From: an uncultured Acetatifactor sp.
GTDB taxonomy: Bacteria; Bacillota; Clostridia; Lachnospirales; Lachnospiraceae
Assembly: GCA_964403845.1 (NCBI GenBank)
Contig: CAYOHU010000001.1
Location: 1 to 36,255 of the forward strand
Length of the DNA: 36,255 nucleotides
Direction of reading: 5' to 3'
Positions 1 through 7,211 of this stretch are shown here, one piece after another. Position 1 is the first letter of the stretch. The number at the start of each line of letters is the position of its first letter. The translations under genes were made by a program, and so were the position numbers. The notes beneath the pieces were generated by a model that was given only the letters and a program-made list of their open reading frames with translations, was not told the DNA's origin and searched no databases.

Positions 1-2
1 CG

Positions 3-221
3 GAGCGTCCTGAGGCAATCGATAAGGCATGCTTCCTCATCGCAGGTATTGATGAAAATTCTTTGTTACAGGCCGTGGACACTGCGGTGGAGATGAATCG
101 TACGGGAGATTACGGAATCCCTGTTCCGGATTATATGGAAGAGAATGTAAGTACTAAGGTTGTAAAAATTATACAGAGTTATACAGGGATCGTAAACAAA
201 ATGGTGTGGAGGAAATTCTGA
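3..221 (+). CDS. fnlC: 3' end of UDP-N-acetylglucosamine 2-epimerase family protein (FnlC/Cap5G/WbjD type), partial
   Basis: Not in the ORF track. Frame from nt 3 reads ERPEAIDKACFLIAGID...VPDYMEENVSTKVVKIIQSYTGIVNKMVWRKF*, with TGA at 219-221. ERPE motif and this C-terminus are typical of the L-FucNAc-pathway 2-epimerase subgroup. Confidence 0.75.
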   Translation, partial: ERPEAIDKACFLIAGIDENSLLQAVDTAVEMNRTGDYGIPVPDYMEENVSTKVVKIIQSYTGIVNKMVWRKF

Positions 222-222
222 T

Positions 223-1755
223 ATGAAAGAGAGAGAAATCAGCTTAATGGATTTAGTTGTAGAGATTCTGTTGAGATGGCGTGTGGTTGTGGTAGCTATG
301 TTGCTTGGCGGAATTTTGATGGGTGGTTTTGGTTATGTTCAGTCGGTCCGGCTGGCGGCTTCCCAGCGGGCAGAACTTGCAGAAGCGGAGAAAAAGTTGG
401 AACAACAGAGGGAACAGCAGAAGGCACAGCAGGAAGCAGATGACGAAGCTGCTTGGGAAAAGGCTGATAAGCTATGGTTGGAGGAACAGCTCACAGAGAC
501 ACAAATTGCAAATGTAAATACCGTATTATTGAACGAGAAGCTTCTGAAGGACAAAACTATTTATCAGAATGAGTCCATCCTTTTGCAGATTGACCCCTTC
601 AATGTGCCGAGATCGGAATTGACGTTTTATATCTCTTCAGATGATTTAGAGAAGACCTACAATATTGAAAAGGTGTACGAAGATATCTTAACAAGTACTG
701 CGCTGTATACTTACGTGCAGGAGAAATGTTCTGTGGAAGAGAACCTCAATGAATTGATTTCTCTGGAACGAACCTCTTATGGTCAGATGCAGGGTTGCGA
801 TACCGTGAGAGTTGCAGTGCTTCATAGTGATTCTAAAATCTGTCAGGCTATGGCTGATGCCATTGTAGCTTACATACAGCAACAGCAGCCACAGCTGGAA
901 AATACGTTGGGACATCATAATGTGGAACTTCTTTCTCAGTCCTTTGGAACGGTGATAAGTAACGATATTTTGACGCAACGCAGAAACCTTGCAACAGATA
1001 TCAATAACCTAAAAAGTACTGCAATGAAAATGAAGGATGCCTTTGCAGAAGCAGAGTGGCGTTATTATAATTATCTGAAGGATGGTCAGGCTACCGTAGA
1101 ACCGGAGCACATGGATCCGGAAGCAGAAGAACAAGCACCTGCCACAGACTCGGGCGTTATCATATTGCCAACCGTTAGTACGCCCGGCGTCAGTGTGAAA
1201 TATGTTATTATAGGTATGATTTTGTTCGCTTTTATATATGTATTTGTAATTTTTATGTTGTACATTTTGAACAACAAGATTCGTTCGACAGATAATCTTC
1301 AGGATATCTATAGTATTCCACAGCTGGGTATCATTTCCAAAGAACAGGAGAAGAAGAAATTCTTGGGGATTATCGATTGCTGGATACTGAAATTGCGTTA
1401 TCGCAATCAGCGTAGATTTACTATGGAAGAGGCCACAAATTTGGCAGCTGTGGCAACTAGGATGGCGGTGAAGAAGCAGGGAATCAATAAGATTTGCCTG
1501 ATAGGATGCAATCTTATCGGTGATGCATTGAAGACCTGTGAGCAGATGAAAGACAGATTAAGCGCAGAGGGTACAGAGGTGCAGATCCTGAGTAATGTAC
1601 TCTATGATGCGGAAGTAATGGAAGAGCTGGCAGATGCGCAAGGTGCCGTATTGGTAGAAACAGCCGGTTCCACTCTTTATGAAGAGATTGTGAAGGAATT
1701 AGAATTATTGAACAGACAGAACATTACGGTTTTAGGTGGAATTGTTGTAGAATAG
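223..1755 (+). CDS. Polysaccharide copolymerase / chain-length determinant (Wzz/Wzc-like) with degenerate C-terminal kinase-like domain
   Basis: N-terminal EISLMDLVVEILLRWRVVVVAMLLGG (Wzz TM1), coiled-coil extracellular region, second TM (KYVIIGMILFAFIYVF), junction DNLQDIYSIPQLG, and a CpsD-like tail. Confidence 0.8.
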   Translation: MKEREISLMDLVVEILLRWRVVVVAMLLGGILMGGFGYVQSVRLAASQRAELAEAEKKLEQQREQQKAQQEADDEAAWEKADKLWLEEQLTETQIANVNTVLLNEKLLKDKTIYQNESILLQIDPFNVPRSELTFYISSDDLEKTYNIEKVYEDILTSTALYTYVQEKCSVEENLNELISLERTSYGQMQGCDTVRVAVLHSDSKICQAMADAIVAYIQQQQPQLENTLGHHNVELLSQSFGTVISNDILTQRRNLATDINNLKSTAMKMKDAFAEAEWRYYNYLKDGQATVEPEHMDPEAEEQAPATDSGVIILPTVSTPGVSVKYVIIGMILFAFIYVFVIFMLYILNNKIRSTDNLQDIYSIPQLGIISKEQEKKKFLGIIDCWILKLRYRNQRRFTMEEATNLAAVATRMAVKKQGINKICLIGCNLIGDALKTCEQMKDRLSAEGTEVQILSNVLYDAEVMEELADAQGAVLVETAGSTLYEEIVKELELLNRQNITVLGGIVVE

Positions 1756-1763
1756 TTGCAGAC

Positions 1764-1797
1764 GGGCAGGAGACCTTCTCCTGCTCCTTTGTGTTTA
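1764..1797 (+). terminator. Rho-independent terminator after the copolymerase gene
   Basis: Stem GGGCAGGAGA-cct-TCTCCTGCTC (one G-U pair) followed by CTTTGTGTTT. Confidence 0.65.
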
Positions 1798-1811
1798 CGA
1801 AGGGAAATGGT

Positions 1812-2225
1812 ATGTTAAAAGAATTACTATATTTAGTGGTTGAGTATATTGCAAAAATACACAATAAATTTTTGGCTCTGAATGATAAATTTGAATATAA
1901 TTTCACGGATAAAGAACTTCATTTTCTGGTAATCGGTGCGTTGGGTATGCTCTTTATTTTTATGATATACCCGGTATTTAAATGGCTTGCAAAGAAAGAT
2001 CACGTGATGGTGATTGCCTGGATTTATGTATTTACGCTGATCATTGTGATTACCTTTGCGATAGAGATAGGTCAGAAGGCGACCAACACCGGCGCAATGG
2101 AATTTGCTGATATCGTGTTCGGCGTTGTCGGCTTCATCGTGATGTTCCTTGTCTTTTTGGTGTTCAGAGCGATATACAAGGGCTTAAGGAGAGTAATACA
2201 GGAGCATTCTAAGAAGAACAGTTGA
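1812..2225 (+). CDS. Small membrane protein, VanZ-like
   Basis: ATG at 1812 after AAGGGA. Three hydrophobic segments with DKELHF ... IEIGQ ... DIVFG, the VanZ-like DKxxH / E-xx-Q / D pattern. Confidence 0.6.
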   Translation: MLKELLYLVVEYIAKIHNKFLALNDKFEYNFTDKELHFLVIGALGMLFIFMIYPVFKWLAKKDHVMVIAWIYVFTLIIVITFAIEIGQKATNTGAMEFADIVFGVVGFIVMFLVFLVFRAIYKGLRRVIQEHSKKNS

Positions 2226-3539
2226 TTAGTCCAGCTCGTATTTTTGCTTGTCATGGACACTAATCTCCTTGCCCACCTGCACTTCCATGATCTTTAACTC
2301 TGTTTCTGCGATAATGGTATGCTTGCAGCCGGCTTTCATGGTAATTACATCCCCTGAGCGCACCTCCTGCACTATGCCATCTACAATGGCGCGACCCTTG
2401 CCTGAGAGGATGGTCCACATTTCATCGCGTCGCTCGTGGCTGTGGTAATTCATGCGATGACCGGGATTTAATGTGACCTTGATGGTCATACTTTCTTCCT
2501 CAATGTCTAATACGCGGAAGCTGCCCCAGGCTTTCTCCGCAAACATAATCTGCTGATTAATTGCATCCACATAGGGCTTGATATAGCTGGACTGCTCCTT
2601 ATCGGAGACCAGAATACCATCGGCACTGGCTGAGATTACGATGTCCTTCAGTCCCATGCAGAGGATGGGTACATCAAGCTCGTTGATCACATGGACATTT
2701 TGGCAGTTCTCGTTCATGCGTACATCGCCGATCACGGTCTCATCCATGGCTTCGGTCAGGGTATTCCAGGTGCCCAGATCCTTCCATTCTCCGGTATAGC
2801 GGAGTACCTGAATATTCTCTTCCTTTTCCACCACTGCATAGTCAAAGCTGATCTTGGTCAGGGTATCGTATTTAGAAAATAAGTCCTGATAATCAGTGAA
2901 ATCAATCAGTTCATGTGCGCGCTGCAATACATATTTTAATTGGAAGGCAAATACTCCGCCATTCCAGAGTGCGCCCTGATTGATATATTCTGTGGCGGTG
3001 GGAATATCCGGTTTTTCTTTGAAGGTAAGCACGCTGCTGACATTCTCTTTGGCAGCGGGAATAATGTAGCCGTATTTCTCACTGGGATAGGTGGGCTGGA
3101 TGCCCATGAGTACCAGATTGGCTTCGCCCTTGGCAGCTAATGCGGAAAGCTCCTTTAGTGCTTCAAAATAGGTATTTTCTACGTAGGGGTCCACGGGACA
3201 TACCACTACAACCTCGTCCTCGGGTACGCCCTTCACATCATGCAGGAAAGCGGTAGCGAGGGCGATGGCCGGAAAAGTATCTCTTCTGCATGGCTCCACG
3301 CAGATGCTGACATCTTCCCCTAACTGATTGCTGAGGGAGGCTACCTGCGTTCCGGATGTTGCAATGGTGACCTTTGCTTCGGTGTCTACAGAACGAATTT
3401 GATGATAGACCCGTTGCACCATGGATTCATATTCGCCATTTTCATTCTTGAAAATCTTGATAAATTGCTTGGAACGGATATCGTTGGACAAGGGCCACAG
3501 GCGTTTTCCGGATCCGCCTGAAAGTAATATTATATTCAT
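2226..3539 (-). CDS. manC: Mannose-1-phosphate guanylyltransferase with C-terminal cupin (PMI-like) domain
   Basis: LSGGSGKRLWPLS...KQF, EPCRRDT, FKEKPD, WNGG, SFDYAVVEK, WKDLGTW; cupin HSHERRDEMW. RBS GGAGG. Confidence 0.88.
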   Translation of the reverse strand: MNIILLSGGSGKRLWPLSNDIRSKQFIKIFKNENGEYESMVQRVYHQIRSVDTEAKVTIATSGTQVASLSNQLGEDVSICVEPCRRDTFPAIALATAFLHDVKGVPEDEVVVVCPVDPYVENTYFEALKELSALAAKGEANLVLMGIQPTYPSEKYGYIIPAAKENVSSVLTFKEKPDIPTATEYINQGALWNGGVFAFQLKYVLQRAHELIDFTDYQDLFSKYDTLTKISFDYAVVEKEENIQVLRYTGEWKDLGTWNTLTEAMDETVIGDVRMNENCQNVHVINELDVPILCMGLKDIVISASADGILVSDKEQSSYIKPYVDAINQQIMFAEKAWGSFRVLDIEEESMTIKVTLNPGHRMNYHSHERRDEMWTILSGKGRAIVDGIVQEVRSGDVITMKAGCKHTIIAETELKIMEVQVGKEISVHDKQKYELD

Positions 3540-3690
3540 GATTTCCTCCGTTATATAACATTCCGATTCGGAAATGCGAGTTGCTGCTTCGTGATATTAT
3601 GTGGGAAAGCAGTAGATATACCATAAGGTATCATATCATATTCGGAGTAGGCACGCAATCTATGGGAATTCAAAGCTTTTTCATTATAGG

Positions 3691-3725
3691 AAAAAGGTTC
3701 TCTGATAATCCTTGTAAAGAAGCCT
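3691..3725 (-). terminator. Probable terminator of the M56-peptide transcript
   Basis: Minus strand AGGCTTCTTT...AGAGAACCT hairpin followed by a T run, just after the stop at 3731. Confidence 0.5.
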
Positions 3726-3730
3726 ATGCT

Positions 3731-3979
3731 TTACAGATCACAAACATACTGCCATTCTCCAACCCAGGATGCGGTGGTGTAGTTGTATAATCTGCGATAC
3801 AATTTACCGTTTTCCTCTTTAAAACGCCACTCAATCCTATCGGAACAAGGACTGACAGTGTTTTCAATACTGGAGGCTTCAACAATTGTAGAAGCGGCAG
3901 GGGAGAACAAGGTGGCAATTCCGAAAGCGGCAATGCCTGTTAACATGATCAGTTTTTTCCATTTGTTAGTTTTTTGCAT
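3731..3979 (-). CDS. Small secreted protein (82 aa), signal peptide plus Trp/Tyr-rich C-terminal domain
   Basis: Strong RBS AAGGAG inside the upstream gene, 14-bp overlap with it. Basic N-region (KWKK), hydrophobic core, VEA-S cleavage site. Mature region ends PCSDRIEWRFKEENGKLYRRLYNYTTASWVGEWQYVCDL. Confidence 0.75.
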   Translation of the reverse strand: MQKTNKWKKLIMLTGIAAFGIATLFSPAASTIVEASSIENTVSPCSDRIEWRFKEENGKLYRRLYNYTTASWVGEWQYVCDL

Positions 3980-5153
3980 TTGTAATCTCCTTTTCTGTAT
4001 AGACTGGAATATCCGAAGCGTAGAACTTCAAGGAATCTGTATTTTCGATAAAGTAGTTGCAGTAGTATACGTCATAGGTGCCGTTTTCCTTCAATACTGC
4101 ATAGCTGTTACTTTCGGTTTGCTCTATTGTTTCCGCCATTACCTCCGGATGAACATAGGAAGCCTCGAAAATAAACAAATGTGATGCACCGTAGATGCTG
4201 ACGATTAAGGCAAACAAAAACGCATTCAGCGCCTGCTTTTTCTTTCGTCCGGTCGACGTCAACATAAGATAGCGCTGCGTTAATTCGTTATCTTTCTCAC
4301 GCAACAGTGCTAACGTGACGGATCTGGGAAGAGTGCTTGCCTCAAGCTCAGCGGCCTGTTCTCCAATACCAAAGAGACTGCGCAGATAGCTGATTACGGT
4401 GTCACTGCCCGATGCAGTGATCGTATCATCCACTCTCATTTCCAGAATCGTATCGACCCTGCGGATCAATATGTAGCACGCCGGATTCCACCAGTAGACC
4501 ATGGCAAGCAGCTTGATGATGAGCTTGATAAGCAGATCGTGATGAAAATGATGAGATGCCTCATGAACCAGACTGTAATACAGTTCATCCTTTGTAAGCT
4601 CCATGCTTTCGGGAATGAGGATGCGTGGGGAGAAAACACCGTACAGCATCGGTCTGCTGATACCTGTCACAGTCAATACGTGAAAGCAATTGCGTTTCCT
4701 GCGTTCCCGACAGATTTCCTCCAACAGAGAATGGTAGGGTTCCCTTCCCGTGGCATCCAGACTGTTAGCCAGGATAGAATACCGGGCTTTCAGATGCTCG
4801 TGAATGTATCGTATTAGGTTAATTACAAACCCGATTATCCAGATTGCCTGCAGGAATGTCCAAACAGAAAGCTCGTAACCGGAAACCTGAAGGAGTGGGT
4901 GCCGCACATAAGTAACCACCTGAGAGATTGTCTCGTGGTCTGTCAGGAAGACGGATCTGGTAAACGGAAGCTCTATGGGCAGCAGAAACCGCAATACGGT
5001 TAATGTTACAAACAGCGCCAAAAGCTTATATCCGGCATTGATCATGATTCCGGTATTCCGGAACAGCAAAGTAATAAGTATCAGCATAAGATTGCTTGTT
5101 ATAACGGCCATATATACCGTCGAAAATGAATAGTGAAGCATATTAATAACCAT
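3966..5153 (-). CDS. M56-family (BlaR1/MecR1-like) membrane zinc metallopeptidase lacking a penicillin-binding sensor domain
   Basis: LRFLLP in the TM region, PMLYGVFSPRILIP, zinc motif HEASH followed by HHD, WWNP, EMRVD. A final TM is followed by only ~65 residues. Confidence 0.88.
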   Translation of the reverse strand: MVINMLHYSFSTVYMAVITSNLMLILITLLFRNTGIMINAGYKLLALFVTLTVLRFLLPIELPFTRSVFLTDHETISQVVTYVRHPLLQVSGYELSVWTFLQAIWIIGFVINLIRYIHEHLKARYSILANSLDATGREPYHSLLEEICRERRKRNCFHVLTVTGISRPMLYGVFSPRILIPESMELTKDELYYSLVHEASHHFHHDLLIKLIIKLLAMVYWWNPACYILIRRVDTILEMRVDDTITASGSDTVISYLRSLFGIGEQAAELEASTLPRSVTLALLREKDNELTQRYLMLTSTGRKKKQALNAFLFALIVSIYGASHLFIFEASYVHPEVMAETIEQTESNSYAVLKENGTYDVYYCNYFIENTDSLKFYASDIPVYTEKEITNAKN

Positions 5154-5239
5154 GGCCTTTCCATAACCTGCGAGCTTTGGGCCGCAGGCACAAATTCGCG
5201 TGAGAAAAACTTATTTTTCGCACTAACCTCACGGATATT

Positions 5240-5266
5240 TTAATACAATAAAATTAATACAATAAA
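5240..5266. repeat. Perfect 13-bp direct repeat TTAATACAATAAA x2 in the M56 upstream region
   Basis: Copies at 5240-5252 and 5254-5266 (period 14). On the minus strand they overlap a possible TAAAAT -10. Confidence 0.7.
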
Positions 5267-5281
5267 TGAGAAGCTACGGAC

Positions 5282-5321
5282 AAAATAATAGTGGGAAACA
5301 TCATAGCTGATATTCCCCACT
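5282..5321 (-). terminator. Rho-independent terminator after the BlaI-family gene
   Basis: Minus-strand RNA AGUGGGGAAUAUCA-GCUA-UGAUGUUUCCCACU forms a 14-bp stem. Its two mismatches become G-U pairs only on this strand. Followed by AUUAUUUUG. Confidence 0.75.
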
Positions 5322-5327
5322 GAATTG

Positions 5328-5714
5328 TTATTTCAGATTCTTCTCATACTCGGACAACATGCCTTTTAATTTCTTAATCTCTGCTTTGGCCTTCTCAGGA
5401 GCTTTGCCGTTGGTCAGAATAGCAACACACAAAGTAGATTCGCTGATGACATTGCTGAAGCTGTTATACTGATCAGTGAAGTTCTGCAGAATCATGTCGC
5501 GAGAAGACTCGCTGGGGCGATAGGTTCGGCTTAAAACTCTTCCGCTGTGAGTAACACCTGCTACTTCAACCAGCTCGTCCTTCAACAGCTTTCTCAATAC
5601 TGCCGTTACAGTGCTTTGGGTAAGCCCAAGCTTGGCGTTCACGATATCGGTTGCCATCATCGGTTCATCAGACTGCCATAAAATATTTAATACATCAAGT
5701 TCTCTAGGGTTCAT
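5328..5714 (-). CDS. BlaI/MecI/CopY family winged-helix repressor
   Basis: RELDVLNILWQSDEPMMATDIV ... STVTAVLRKLLKDELVE ... RTYRP. 128 aa, RBS AAGGAGG, adjacent to an M56 gene. Confidence 0.88.
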   Translation of the reverse strand: MNPRELDVLNILWQSDEPMMATDIVNAKLGLTQSTVTAVLRKLLKDELVEVAGVTHSGRVLSRTYRPSESSRDMILQNFTDQYNSFSNVISESTLCVAILTNGKAPEKAKAEIKKLKGMLSEYEKNLK

Positions 5715-5748
5715 GTGTTCTATGATCCTCCTTCATCACAACTATTTG

Positions 5749-5768
5749 AATTGCAATCACTTGCAATT
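5749..5768. promoter_or_regulatory. Palindromic operator candidate AATTGCAA-TCAC-TTGCAATT
   Basis: Perfect 8-bp inverted repeat lying between the predicted -10 and the RBS of the repressor gene. Confidence 0.6.
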
Positions 5769-5782
5769 GATTTTCTATTCAC

Positions 5783-5811
5783 ATTATAATAGAAAGAGGT
5801 TCACAAGTCAA
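5783..5811 (-). promoter_or_regulatory. SigA promoter of the repressor gene
   Basis: TTGACT (5811-5806) - 17 bp - TATAAT (5788-5783). Confidence 0.75.
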
Positions 5812-5818
5812 CAAAATG

Positions 5819-5848
5819 TCGACAATACCTGTAATAAGGTGGTATAAT
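5819..5848 (+). promoter_or_regulatory. SigA promoter of the pseC-like gene (divergent from the repressor promoter)
   Basis: TCGACA - 18 bp - TATAAT with extended -10 TGn. Confidence 0.6.
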
Positions 5849-5880
5849 TGTCTTGATTGATCCAAAGGAGGATGTTGAGA

Positions 5881-7074
5881 ATGGAGAATTTGGCAATATT
5901 CGGAGGGACTCCTGTGAGAGAAACTCCTATTTACTACGGAAGACAATGTATTGAACAGGATGATATAGATGCAGTTGTGGAGACCTTGAAGGGAAATCTG
6001 ATTACCTGTGGTCCCAAGGTGGCTGAACTGGAGCAGCAGCTATGCAGCGTAACCGGGGCGAAGTATGCTGTTGTGGTCAGCAATGGTACGGCTGCATTGC
6101 ATCTGGCAGCTATGGCAGCCGGTCTGAAGGCCGGTGAGGAAGCGATTGTAAGCCCCATTACCTTTGCCGCTTCTGCGAACTGTGTGCTATATTGCGGCGC
6201 GAAGCCGGTCTTTGCGGATATTAATCCTGAGACCTACAATATTGATCCGGATGCTATCAGGAAATTGATTACACCTGCTACCAGAGCCATTGTTGCGGTA
6301 GATTTTACAGGGCAGGCCGTGGAATTAGAGGAAATCAGACAAATCTGTGAGGAGCATCATTTGGTGTTGATTGAGGATGCAGCACATGCGATCGGTACGA
6401 AATACAAGGGGCAGCCGGTGGGAAGCATTGCTGATATGACCTGCTTTAGCTTTCATCCGGTGAAAACTGTCACGGCAGGTGAGGGCGGAGCGATTACAAC
6501 GAATGATGAACAGCTCTATCGCAGACTCATAAGACTGCGCACCCATGGCATTACCCGCAATCAGGAGGAAATGGTACATCCCACGGATGCGATGTGGTAC
6601 AATGAACAGGTGGAGCTGGGATATAATTATCGCATGACGGATTTTCAGGCAGCCCTCCTTTGCAGTCAGCTGCGGAAATTACCCAAATTCTCGGCGCGCA
6701 GGAAAGAGATAGTAGAGCGTTATGATAAAGCCTTTGCGGATATGCCGGAGATTATTGTTCAGAAGGAAATCCCGGAATCGGAGACCACCAGACATTTGTA
6801 TGTATTAAGGTTAAATCCGGAGAAGCTAACCTGTGACAGAAGGCAGTTCTTTGATGCTCTGTACGCGGAAAATACCTGTCCGCAGGTGCATTATCTGCCG
6901 GTATATTGGCATTCATATTATGAAAAGCTGGGATATCGGAAGGGAATATGCCCCAACGCGGAGAAGCTGTATGAAGAGATTATGAGTATCCCTCTGTATT
7001 ATGGTCTCTCGGATGAGGATGTGGAGGATGTCATCCGGGCGGTGAAAAAGGTAGCGGATTATTACAAAAGATAG
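5881..7074 (+). CDS. pseC: DegT/DnrJ PLP-dependent sugar aminotransferase, PseC-like (UDP-4-amino-4,6-dideoxy-HexNAc transaminase)
   Basis: RBS AAGGAGG before ATG 5881. YGRQCIEQDDI, SNGTAALH, EDAAHAIG, SFHPVK (PLP Lys), GYNYRMTDFQAAL, QVHYLPVY. Exact stereochemistry cannot be assigned. Confidence 0.75.
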   Translation: MENLAIFGGTPVRETPIYYGRQCIEQDDIDAVVETLKGNLITCGPKVAELEQQLCSVTGAKYAVVVSNGTAALHLAAMAAGLKAGEEAIVSPITFAASANCVLYCGAKPVFADINPETYNIDPDAIRKLITPATRAIVAVDFTGQAVELEEIRQICEEHHLVLIEDAAHAIGTKYKGQPVGSIADMTCFSFHPVKTVTAGEGGAITTNDEQLYRRLIRLRTHGITRNQEEMVHPTDAMWYNEQVELGYNYRMTDFQAALLCSQLRKLPKFSARRKEIVERYDKAFADMPEIIVQKEIPESETTRHLYVLRLNPEKLTCDRRQFFDALYAENTCPQVHYLPVYWHSYYEKLGYRKGICPNAEKLYEEIMSIPLYYGLSDEDVEDVIRAVKKVADYYKR

Positions 7075-7092
7075 GAAACGTTTATTTTTCAG

Positions 7093-7120
7093 TTGCAAAA
7101 TCGAATAAAAAGTGTATGAT
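7093..7120 (+). promoter_or_regulatory. Possible SigA promoter of glmM-glmS
   Basis: TTGCAA - 16 bp - TATGAT. Confidence 0.4.
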
Positions 7121-7211
7121 AGACATAGCATAAATAATCAGGAAAATGCATAATTGTGCAAAAACAAATTTATCTGATGATAGCCGGGAAAGGATTATAA
7201 GGATTATATCT

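Noticed and set aside
1812-2225. Glycopeptide resistance gene vanZ
   Set aside because: Only family-level motif resemblance; no van cluster genes, and VanZ-like proteins are common beside polysaccharide loci.
3594-3621. Sporulation sigma (SigE/SigG-like) promoter for manC: GTATA-N15-CATAATAT on the minus strand
   Set aside because: The spacing is shorter than the usual consensus and such AT-rich matches arise by chance.
3724-4184. Alternative small ORFs 3724-3933 (-), 3581-3790 (+), 3783-4184 (+)
   Set aside because: They overlap the 82-aa ORF, which alone has a strong RBS, a signal peptide and coupling to the M56 gene.
3966-5714. Beta-lactam resistance (bla/mec) locus
   Set aside because: No penicillin-binding sensor domain on the M56 protein and no beta-lactamase or PBP gene nearby.
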